In this document: piece by piece, positions 25,601-32,000 of the stretch | Position numbering within the stretch: position 1 is the first letter of the stretch | Layout: each line of letters begins with the position of its first letter | DNA from: Candidatus Nanopusillus sp. | GTDB lineage: Archaea; Nanobdellota; Nanobdellia; Nanobdellales; Nanobdellaceae | Assembly: GCA_049414405.1 (NCBI GenBank) | Contig: JBMSAQ010000015.1 | Coordinates: 60,001-92,000, forward strand | Direction: 5' to 3' | DNA length: 32,000 nucleotides | Program-made: the position numbers and the translations under genes | The notes under the pieces: generated by a model | Database searches by the model: none | The model's input: the letters and a program-made list of their open reading frames with translations, nothing else | Told to the model about the DNA's origin: nothing

Positions 25601-26197
25601 ATGGATGAATTTAATAAATTAAAAATATATCATATAAAAAAATACAAAGAAGCAAAAGAAAAATATTTAGTAGACCAACCAATATATTATATTTTAGATT
25701 TTATTAACTCATTAGACTTCTTTTTTACAACATCTTCATGTGCTGGTAGGATAATTTTACTAAAAATACCAAAAAGTGGAAAAAAATTTGAAGCAGAATT
25801 TTTATTTAAATCTCATTATTATGTAAACTTTTATTATATATGGAATAAATTATTAGATGTATATAAAAATTATGATGAGAAAATATATTTCAAACAAGAA
25901 CCATTTATTCTACATGTATCTTCAAAAAACATAGAAAAAGCATATGAACTATTAAATATTGCAAGAAAATCTGGGTTTAAACATTCCGGAATATTCTTAA
26001 TAGATGATAAAAGAGTGATGGTTGAAATTGTGGGAAATGAAAAAATTGAAACGATTGTATCAAAAAATAAAAAACTATTAGTAAGTAAAGAATATTTTTA
26101 TAATTTAGTAAGAGAAGCAAATGAAAAATTAAAGAATGTAAGAAAAAGAATAGATATATTTTATAAAAATCTTTTATCCTATTATATAACAGTATGA
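25601..26197 (+). CDS. taw3: tRNA wyosine-derivative methyltransferase Taw3 (TYW3 family)
   Basis: FFTTSSCAGRIILL (the TYW3 SSC-x-GR motif), KQEPFILHVSSKNIEKAYELLNIARKSGFKHSGI and VMVEIVGNEKIETIV are collinear with the TYW3 domain. Confidence 0.85.
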   Translation: MDEFNKLKIYHIKKYKEAKEKYLVDQPIYYILDFINSLDFFFTTSSCAGRIILLKIPKSGKKFEAEFLFKSHYYVNFYYIWNKLLDVYKNYDEKIYFKQEPFILHVSSKNIEKAYELLNIARKSGFKHSGIFLIDDKRVMVEIVGNEKIETIVSKNKKLLVSKEYFYNLVREANEKLKNVRKRIDIFYKNLLSYYITV

Positions 26198-27676
26198 GTC
26201 ATCACAATAATTGTCTATTGTTTCATTATTTATTTTTACAAATTTATATAAATAATAATTGTACATAAATTGATTATTTATATATGATTCTACAACATAA
26301 CATTTAGCATTAAAATAATAATTTCCATTATCATTATAACATCCAAATTCGCTTATTGTACATATATTTGGCAAAAGGATTTTCAACAAGTTTTGTGATG
26401 ATAAACAGTTAAAATCATTATCATATGGTCCAAATTTTATTGTTTGATTATTTATAGAACAACTGACATTACTATAATTTATTTGAATATTTAAAGGTAC
26501 TAAAGCTGGATAATATCCACCAGTATAATATGTATATCTTTCTAAAACATTTTCTACAAAGCTTCTACTAACTTTTACATTTTTTTCAGTACTAATACTT
26601 GCATTAGTTATATTATACCAATATCCATTGAATATATTTACCTCATCTAATACTTGATAATTAAAAATAGATAAAATTTGACTTGTATTTAAATATGAGC
26701 ACGCATACATGTATTCAAAATATTCATCATCTATTATGCATTGATTATTAACAATTTGTCCTACTGATTCACATGGTATTACAATTGTCACATTTGTAAT
26801 ATTTGGATATTGTACTGGTAAAAGTTGAGATGTATATAAATCTAAAACATAGTAATATGTATTATTAAATGATAAGTTTAAGTATAAATTATCACCAATT
26901 GTTTTTTTAGAATATGAACTATTATATAAATGTATGTAATTTGATTGGTTTGTTAAATTATAATATATAAATTGAAATGTTCTATTATACAAATAACCGA
27001 TTAATTTATTATAGTACAGTAAATATGGATATATTGGATATTCTATCATATAATTTAGCTGTGGAAAAGCCACATTTCTTTCATATTTATTTAATACAAA
27101 GAATGTATATTGTGGGTTTGATAGTATAAAACTATTTTTAGAAATATCATAATAGAAAGTTTGATATGAAAAATTTGCATATTTAAAATTTAAATTTGCA
27201 TTTAAATATTTGATTTCTTCCCTTAGGTCTTGATTTACAATATTCCCAATATTACCAAGTAAATTTATTATATTTTGGTAATTATTTACATTATCTAAAG
27301 GAATCATTGGAACGCATAATGAATAATTTATATTATAATTATTTTCATTACTTTCTACACTTTTTAAATTAAATAAAAGAGGTACTTGACATTGTGAATA
27401 ATAATTAGGGATATTATTTCCAAATACATAATTTATATTATATGTAGATCCTAAAAAAATATTTGTTAAAAGGTTATTTAATAAATTATATCTAATATCA
27501 AACGGTATATAAACGAATAATAAATATAAAAATCCTTGATATGCAATATAGTCTTCACTTAAATATTTTAAAGATTCTGTCGCAATTTGAATTTGAGAAT
27601 TTAAATAATATATACCAAAGACAGTTAAAATTATTACGCCCATAAACAATGCAATTGGTGCTAAAGATGTTTTCAT
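26174..27676 (-). CDS. Large N-terminally anchored, Cys- and sequon-rich surface protein (orphan), last gene of the operon
   Basis: 500 aa. The N-terminus MKTSLAPIALFMGVIILTVFGIYY is pilin-like (basic residue, A-P-I, long helix). It has many N-x-S/T sites and a C-terminal third with at least 10 Cys (NVSCSINN...FNCLS...NICTISEFGCYND...AKCYVV...NYCDDSYCY). It overlaps the taw3 3' end by 24 nt. Confidence 0.6.
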   Translation of the reverse strand: MKTSLAPIALFMGVIILTVFGIYYLNSQIQIATESLKYLSEDYIAYQGFLYLLFVYIPFDIRYNLLNNLLTNIFLGSTYNINYVFGNNIPNYYSQCQVPLLFNLKSVESNENNYNINYSLCVPMIPLDNVNNYQNIINLLGNIGNIVNQDLREEIKYLNANLNFKYANFSYQTFYYDISKNSFILSNPQYTFFVLNKYERNVAFPQLNYMIEYPIYPYLLYYNKLIGYLYNRTFQFIYYNLTNQSNYIHLYNSSYSKKTIGDNLYLNLSFNNTYYYVLDLYTSQLLPVQYPNITNVTIVIPCESVGQIVNNQCIIDDEYFEYMYACSYLNTSQILSIFNYQVLDEVNIFNGYWYNITNASISTEKNVKVSRSFVENVLERYTYYTGGYYPALVPLNIQINYSNVSCSINNQTIKFGPYDNDFNCLSSQNLLKILLPNICTISEFGCYNDNGNYYFNAKCYVVESYINNQFMYNYYLYKFVKINNETIDNYCDDSYCYIIG

Positions 27677-27708
27677 ATAAATTCAATTATGTTTCAATAT
27701 TATTAATT

Positions 27709-28197
27709 TTAAGGATGAATATAACGAACATAAAAGCTATAATTTACATAAAAGTTGTATAATACTGTTGGTGGACAAACATAAAATGTATGGGGTTTAC
27801 CATTCAAATAAACTATATACTCTATATATCCTCTATTTGGACATGCTCCAATTATTGTACTATTATCTAAATAAAATGTTATAATTGTAGCAGAATTATT
27901 TAGATAGTATAATACATTATTTGTTAATTCATTTATTATATGATCATTCAACGCTTTATTATTACTAAATCCTGCATAAATATCTATTACAGGTACTGTT
28001 ACATTATTAAAATAAATTAGAGAACTTAAAAAACCATTTGCAGATTTATATTCAATACCAACAGCATTTAAACTAGCTATATTATTTAATACTGGATTTC
28101 CGAATGAAAATATACTAAAGATAAATATAAAGAATAACGCTATAATAATTATTATAGCAATAACAAATGATAAAAAGAAACCTATCTGTATCTTCAT
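27709..28197 (-). CDS. N-terminally anchored small protein (orphan), operon member
   Basis: 162 aa. The N-terminal helix is IGFFLSFVIAIIIIIALFFIFIFSIF, followed by a beta-like ectodomain with N-x-S/T sites and 2 Cys (GACPNRG...YVCPP). It has an ATGA overlap with the upstream gene. Confidence 0.55.
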   Translation of the reverse strand: MKIQIGFFLSFVIAIIIIIALFFIFIFSIFSFGNPVLNNIASLNAVGIEYKSANGFLSSLIYFNNVTVPVIDIYAGFSNNKALNDHIINELTNNVLYYLNNSATIITFYLDNSTIIGACPNRGYIEYIVYLNGKPHTFYVCPPTVLYNFYVNYSFYVRYIHP

Positions 28198-29042
28198 TGT
28201 ATTTTAGTGGCTTTACATGAAGATATATTTATCTGGCCTCCAGCAATCATATCACATATCATATTATATATACCATTCATGTAAAGATATCCTACCCCAT
28301 ATAAAGATACTATTACAGGTTCTCCACTATTATATTCGGGTAAAACAATATAATATGACACTAATGGGTGAATATACACTTCATCATAATAAAAACCCCC
28401 ATATCCTACAGAACTAATTATTATTTCATTATTTATGATTTCGTAGTTTCGGTATATATTTCTTGTCTCATTATATATGTATAAACTATAATTATGGAAA
28501 TAGTTGATCAAAAATTGGTTTAAGGCTGGTAAATTTCCATCATATGTATAATTAATGTTATAAATATTATATGCAACCTTGTATGGAACTACACTTATGT
28601 TATACTTAAAACTAAGATTATATGGGTCATAAGAATATGACTTATTTATATTGTTAATATTATAGAAAAAGAAATATATATAACTATTATAAGAAAAGTT
28701 TAGATATGTATATTTAAGTTTGTTTGATTCATTTGATTGATTAATAAAATAATGGAATGTTCCGGACATATTCATAAAGCATTTTTGATATGTATCATTA
28801 TATTTATTTATAATATTTGTATTTGGTGCATAAAACAATAAAAAAGGATTTTTTGTACTTTCATATAAACAATAATTTAACCTATCTATTAATAAACTAT
28901 TTGTAAATTGCTGAAACATATATTGTGAATATGATTCTATATTAAAAAATGCATATAATAGTGCTATAACAAAAAATACGAATATTATAACAACTGCGGC
29001 AGCTATATATTCTATTATATCCTTTAAAGATAAAGCCCTCAT
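28194..29042 (-). CDS. N-terminally anchored N/Y-rich protein (orphan), operon member
   Basis: 282 aa. The N-terminus is MRALSLKDIIEYIAAAVVIIFVFFVIALLYAFF, where the IIEY followed by a long helix is reminiscent of the Flp/TadE-type AIEY motif. It carries many sequons and 4 Cys, and has an ATGA overlap with the upstream gene. Confidence 0.55.
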   Translation of the reverse strand: MRALSLKDIIEYIAAAVVIIFVFFVIALLYAFFNIESYSQYMFQQFTNSLLIDRLNYCLYESTKNPFLLFYAPNTNIINKYNDTYQKCFMNMSGTFHYFINQSNESNKLKYTYLNFSYNSYIYFFFYNINNINKSYSYDPYNLSFKYNISVVPYKVAYNIYNINYTYDGNLPALNQFLINYFHNYSLYIYNETRNIYRNYEIINNEIIISSVGYGGFYYDEVYIHPLVSYYIVLPEYNSGEPVIVSLYGVGYLYMNGIYNMICDMIAGGQINISSCKATKIQ

Positions 29043-30148
29043 GATTTAGAAGATAATATTGATACATTTAAATATGGGCCTCCGTATTCTGAACCAACTT
29101 TTGATAAAATAATGAACTGTGGATATACTTCACGACCTTTATCATTTATATTTCCTAAAATTACTTTAAATATATTGTTTTGTGTTTTATCATTTGGATT
29201 ATAAATATACCTAAAGCTTAGATCACATAAATAAGGATCCTTACATTCATTATAAAATGTAAAATTTGGATTATAATATATTGGTAACGTTAAATACGGG
29301 TGGTATACTGTATATTTTGCACTTGGAAGTATGGAATTTTTATTATCCTCATTTATAAATTTATTATAATAACAACCTACATGTGGGTTAGATGTAAACT
29401 GAAGATATTTAATTATTGTGATTGCTGAAGTAAATGCTAAATTAAACGCAACAGCAGCAAAAAAACCTGCTGGAAATGGCATAATTTGCATCAATATCAT
29501 ATCTACAACTTGCATTTTGGTAAATATAGCGGTAAACCATATGGTAGGTCCCACTGATGATTGTAATGCATTGAAAATATTACCCCAAATATTTTGATTC
29601 CCATATGAATATTGTAAATATGCGGATTGTGCTGTATAAAATGCATACGTACCAGCAAAGTTCATTACTGTTTGTTTAGCAATTGCTGGTGTAGATTTAT
29701 ATACATTATTTAAAGCTGATAAAACTTTCGATAAAGCATTAGTACCACCAGCCTTTAATCCTGGCACATATGCAGATACTGCAACTATAAAAGATTCTAT
29801 TGCATTATATGCAAGCTCATGCCATAGATCATATACATAACATACCCCAATACTAATAAGAAAATTGTTATTATCATATAATGGGTTTGGTGGTGAATAA
29901 GAAGGTGTTGGCGGCGTTATTCTAAATTCATAGAAAAAGACTGGCTCGTTAGTTAATAAAAATGCAGCATTTATATTTCCAGGCTCAGATGTAGAATATA
30001 CAATAAAACTAGCAACTTCTAATACTAAATGTGGATTGTGTGTACCAAATATTCTTGCAACAATATATGGAAAATATATTCCTATTAATGATACAATTAT
30101 TAAAAATATTGATGCTATTATTGCATCTAATAATTCATCTAGATCCAT
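29039..30148 (-). CDS. Polytopic membrane protein with a C-terminal Cys-containing ectodomain (orphan), operon member
   Basis: 369 aa. The N-terminal MDLDELLDAIIASIFLIIVSLIGIYF places the D-A-I-I-A-S hexamer ahead of a helix. There are about 4 further hydrophobic segments (for example MQIMPFPAGFFAAVAFNLAFTSAITII), a Pro-rich linker TPPTPSYSPPNP, and a tail containing GCYY..NECKDPYLCD. Confidence 0.55.
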   Translation of the reverse strand: MDLDELLDAIIASIFLIIVSLIGIYFPYIVARIFGTHNPHLVLEVASFIVYSTSEPGNINAAFLLTNEPVFFYEFRITPPTPSYSPPNPLYDNNNFLISIGVCYVYDLWHELAYNAIESFIVAVSAYVPGLKAGGTNALSKVLSALNNVYKSTPAIAKQTVMNFAGTYAFYTAQSAYLQYSYGNQNIWGNIFNALQSSVGPTIWFTAIFTKMQVVDMILMQIMPFPAGFFAAVAFNLAFTSAITIIKYLQFTSNPHVGCYYNKFINEDNKNSILPSAKYTVYHPYLTLPIYYNPNFTFYNECKDPYLCDLSFRYIYNPNDKTQNNIFKVILGNINDKGREVYPQFIILSKVGSEYGGPYLNVSILSSKS

Positions 30149-30149
30149 A

Positions 30150-31079
30150 TTATTTTGGAATAGTTGCTCCTATATATATGTTAATATCTGCTGTTTTTTT
30201 ATCTTTATTACTATATATATCCATATATATTGCTGTTGGTGGTAAAGAGCCTGCAAAATACAATATTGGGAAATCTATCCCAAATATATTTTCAAAAATA
30301 TTACCAAACGTGGCAGCTTTTATAATCTCACCTACAAGATTACTATAAGATATTTGAGAGTTTCTTGGAAATCCTGATAATATCACACATTTTGATGGAT
30401 TATATGGTAAATTTTGACTTTCATAATCTATATTTTGGTTTGGAGCACAATATATTTTATCACCTCCGACATTTGGAGACGTAAATTTACATCCATTATT
30501 ATTACATGTTATTGTAGTATCATTTACTATAGTAAGAACCATTGAAGATGTTGAAAAGAAAAGATCTGTTATACTTATAAAAATTTGAAATTTATTAGAT
30601 AAATCTTTATTGGAAGAGTATGCTAGCAAACCAGCATCAACATTTAATCCTTGTATTTTTATATTTATTTCATCTACATTTAAAGATCTTTGCTTTATTA
30701 ATTTACAATATTCTAATGCTGGCGCAAATATGACAGTCTTTCCATTATCTACGGTAGAAACATTCCAATAGGCTATTTTAACAGATAATGCACCTACAAC
30801 TTGATTTGGAGGTAAACAACGATATAATTGTAAGTACCACCCATCTTTATTTGTCAATACAAAAACATAATTGTAATCATAATTATTTATAAATACTCTT
30901 CCATAATTTTTGTTATTTTTGTCATTTATACTATCAGCAATTGAATTTAAATATCCAACGTATCTTGCCTCATCTCCCATTGCTATTCCAATAAACACCA
31001 TAATAATATAAAATATTAAAACTGCCAGTACAATTAATATTATTATATCAAAAATTATTCTAAGAAAATTATTCTTCAT
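30150..31079 (-). CDS. N-terminally anchored Cys-containing protein (orphan), operon member
   Basis: 309 aa. The N-terminal helix is LRIIFDIIILIVLAVLIFYIIMVFIGIAMG, and the ectodomain has 6 Cys (RCLPP, EYCKL, ITCNNNGCKF, IYCAPN, SKCVIL). There is a 1-nt gap to the genes on each side. Confidence 0.55.
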   Translation of the reverse strand: MKNNFLRIIFDIIILIVLAVLIFYIIMVFIGIAMGDEARYVGYLNSIADSINDKNNKNYGRVFINNYDYNYVFVLTNKDGWYLQLYRCLPPNQVVGALSVKIAYWNVSTVDNGKTVIFAPALEYCKLIKQRSLNVDEINIKIQGLNVDAGLLAYSSNKDLSNKFQIFISITDLFFSTSSMVLTIVNDTTITCNNNGCKFTSPNVGGDKIYCAPNQNIDYESQNLPYNPSKCVILSGFPRNSQISYSNLVGEIIKAATFGNIFENIFGIDFPILYFAGSLPPTAIYMDIYSNKDKKTADINIYIGATIPK

Positions 31080-31080
31080 A

Positions 31081-31242
31081 TTATCCCAATCCTGATCGAT
31101 TTAGTAAATCGTATCCAACGTTAGTCGCATTCACTTGCATAGAGTTATTTACTATATTATAATAAAATAATATTGCTAAAACAATTATTACCAATGCTAT
31201 TATTAAAAATATTAAAAAGTTTATTGAATTATTAGCCTCCAT
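31081..31242 (-). CDS. 53-aa single-helix protein (not in the supplied ORF track)
   Basis: Hand translation of the minus strand gives MEANNSINFLIFLIIALVIIVLAILFYYNIVNNSMQVNATNVGYDLLNRSGLG*. The ATG (31242-31240) overlaps the end of the 61-aa ORF by 11 nt. The TAA stop (31083-31081) lies 1 nt before the next ATG. Confidence 0.45.
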   Translation of the reverse strand: MEANNSINFLIFLIIALVIIVLAILFYYNIVNNSMQVNATNVGYDLLNRSGLG

Positions 31243-31417
31243 AGTTATTTGTATTTATACTATTTACAATATTTGTGCCATTTGTTTGGGGTATACTATT
31301 GAATAAATTTACTCCACCTTTGAAATAAAAGTACATAAACATTACTAATAATACTAAAGCAACTATAAATAATATTACTGCTATTAAAAAGGTATTTACC
31401 TCTGTTTTTTTATCCAT
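31232..31417 (-). CDS. 61-aa single-helix protein, operon member
   Basis: MDKKTEVNTFLIAVILFIVALVLLVMFMYFYFKGG... A strong Shine-Dalgarno sequence (TAGGAGGAA) ends 2 nt before the ATG. Confidence 0.55.
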   Translation of the reverse strand: MDKKTEVNTFLIAVILFIVALVLLVMFMYFYFKGGVNLFNSIPQTNGTNIVNSINTNNYGG

Positions 31418-31556
31418 TTCCTCCTATTAATTGATATTTAGCAAATATATTTATATTTAGCCCTATTTTTGGCCCTATTATAATAAAAACAAATATTAAT
31501 ATTAATACAATAAATACTAATGCCAAAATTATCTTTAAAAGCTCCCCTGTTTCCAT
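31410..31556 (-). CDS. 48-aa single-helix protein (not in the supplied ORF track), first gene after the candidate promoter
   Basis: Hand translation of the minus strand gives METGELLKIILALVFIVLILIFVFIIIGPKIGLNINIFAKYQLIGGNG*. Its stop overlaps the start of the next ORF by 8 nt (ATGGATAA). Confidence 0.45.
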   Translation of the reverse strand: METGELLKIILALVFIVLILIFVFIIIGPKIGLNINIFAKYQLIGGNG

Positions 31557-31576
31557 TATAAATCTAAAAACTTTGT

Positions 31577-31586
31577 AATTTATAAA
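31577..31586 (-). promoter_or_regulatory. Candidate TATA box for the small-protein/surface-protein operon
   Basis: The minus-strand TTTATAAATT starts immediately after the TAG stop of the upstream ORF. It is centred about 25-26 nt upstream of the ATG at 31556, which is a leaderless geometry. Confidence 0.3.
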
Positions 31587-32000
31587 CTAACTTTCGCCTG
31601 AAATTGCTGTTAATACAATTACCCTATTTCCTCCTTCATACGTATATTGTATTATCATACCATTTGGTAATCTCATATTACCTGGAATAATCATAACCCG
31701 ATCTGGTGAAGGATTACCTTCAGTTGAACTTAGTTGTTTAACATTATCACCTTGACCTTGACCTTGATATACTCTAAATGAATTTACCAATAGTTTATTA
31801 TATACATTTGATGTTTGTGGATTTGATAACATTATTTTACTATTTACATTACTTAATACCCGACATGGAATATTGTCATTACTATTCTTTATTACATTGT
31901 TTCCATACATAACTTCCAATGGGATATAATCATAATATCTCATCATTCCCAACATACACAAAACGTCATTTAATGTAACATTATATTTACTATTATAATC
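31587..32000 (-). CDS. C-terminal part of an unknown protein (5' end beyond the window)
   Basis: The listed start at 31961 is a TTG, and the frame remains open to base 32000 (...DYNSKYNVTLNDVLCMLGMM...). No motif was recognised, and the sequence is soluble and N/G/Q-rich. Confidence 0.45.
   Translation of the reverse strand, partial: DYNSKYNVTLNDVLCMLGMMRYYDYIPLEVMYGNNVIKNSNDNIPCRVLSNVNSKIMLSNPQTSNVYNKLLVNSFRVYQGQGQGDNVKQLSSTEGNPSPDRVMIIPGNMRLPNGMIIQYTYEGGNRVIVLTAISGES

Noticed and set aside
28217-30348. Plus-strand ORFs 28217-28417, 30031-30348 and 30036-30245 inside the surface operon
   Set aside because: They are antisense to longer, tightly coupled minus-strand ORFs whose start/stop overlaps argue for real translation. 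The plus-strand ORFs lack any coupling or promoter context.
1-32000. CRISPR arrays, rRNA genes, IS elements, transposases, integrases, toxin-antitoxin or recognisable defence genes
   Set aside because: I saw no regularly spaced direct repeats, no rRNA-like GC-rich blocks beyond the four tRNAs, and no DDE, tyrosine or serine recombinase, or nuclease/defence motifs in any of the translated ORFs.
905-32000. Annotating every TATA-like string as a promoter
   Set aside because: TATA-like octamers are ubiquitous at this base composition. I kept only those with a consistent 25-26 nt distance to a first-in-operon start codon, and gave even those low confidence.

Overview
This is an extremely AT-rich, very gene-dense archaeal chromosomal segment (roughly 20-25% G+C by eye, not computed). 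tRNA stems and conserved enzymes are GC-richer than their surroundings.

Housekeeping genes I recognise:
- TFB
- a Pop5-like / proteasome-alpha / SBDS block
- full-length AlaRS
- ribosomal stalk protein P1
- bifunctional FBP aldolase/phosphatase
- archaeal DnaG
- TrmY and Taw3
- four intron-less tRNAs: Thr-GGU, Pro-GGG, Arg-GCG, Leu-UAG

The combination of FBP aldolase/phosphatase, a thermopsin-type protease, GC-clamped tRNAs, leaderless-looking promoters, overlapping genes and extreme AT bias suggests a small-genome thermo(acido)philic archaeon, plausibly Nanoarchaeota/DPANN-like. That lineage call is inference only.

Accessory content:
1. A glycogen island at 4.3-10.9 kb. It holds a eukaryote-type GT3 glycogen synthase translationally coupled to a ParA/MinD-like ATPase and a 104-aa orphan, plus a GH57 enzyme, a GT4/5 transferase and a debranching-enzyme homolog. 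An AAA+-wHTH protein follows.
2. Two large N-glycosylation-sequon-rich surface proteins: a thermopsin-like one, and a DUF2341/LamG-like one sitting between two tRNAs.
3. The most interesting locus, a tightly coupled minus-strand operon at 26.2-31.6 kb. It encodes three tiny single-helix proteins (two are below the ORF-track cutoff) followed by five larger N-terminally anchored or polytopic, Cys-containing, sequon-rich orphan proteins. I propose it as a candidate undescribed cell-surface, filament or host-contact apparatus. A cryptic viral structural module is the alternative.

I saw no CRISPR array, rRNA, transposase or integrase.
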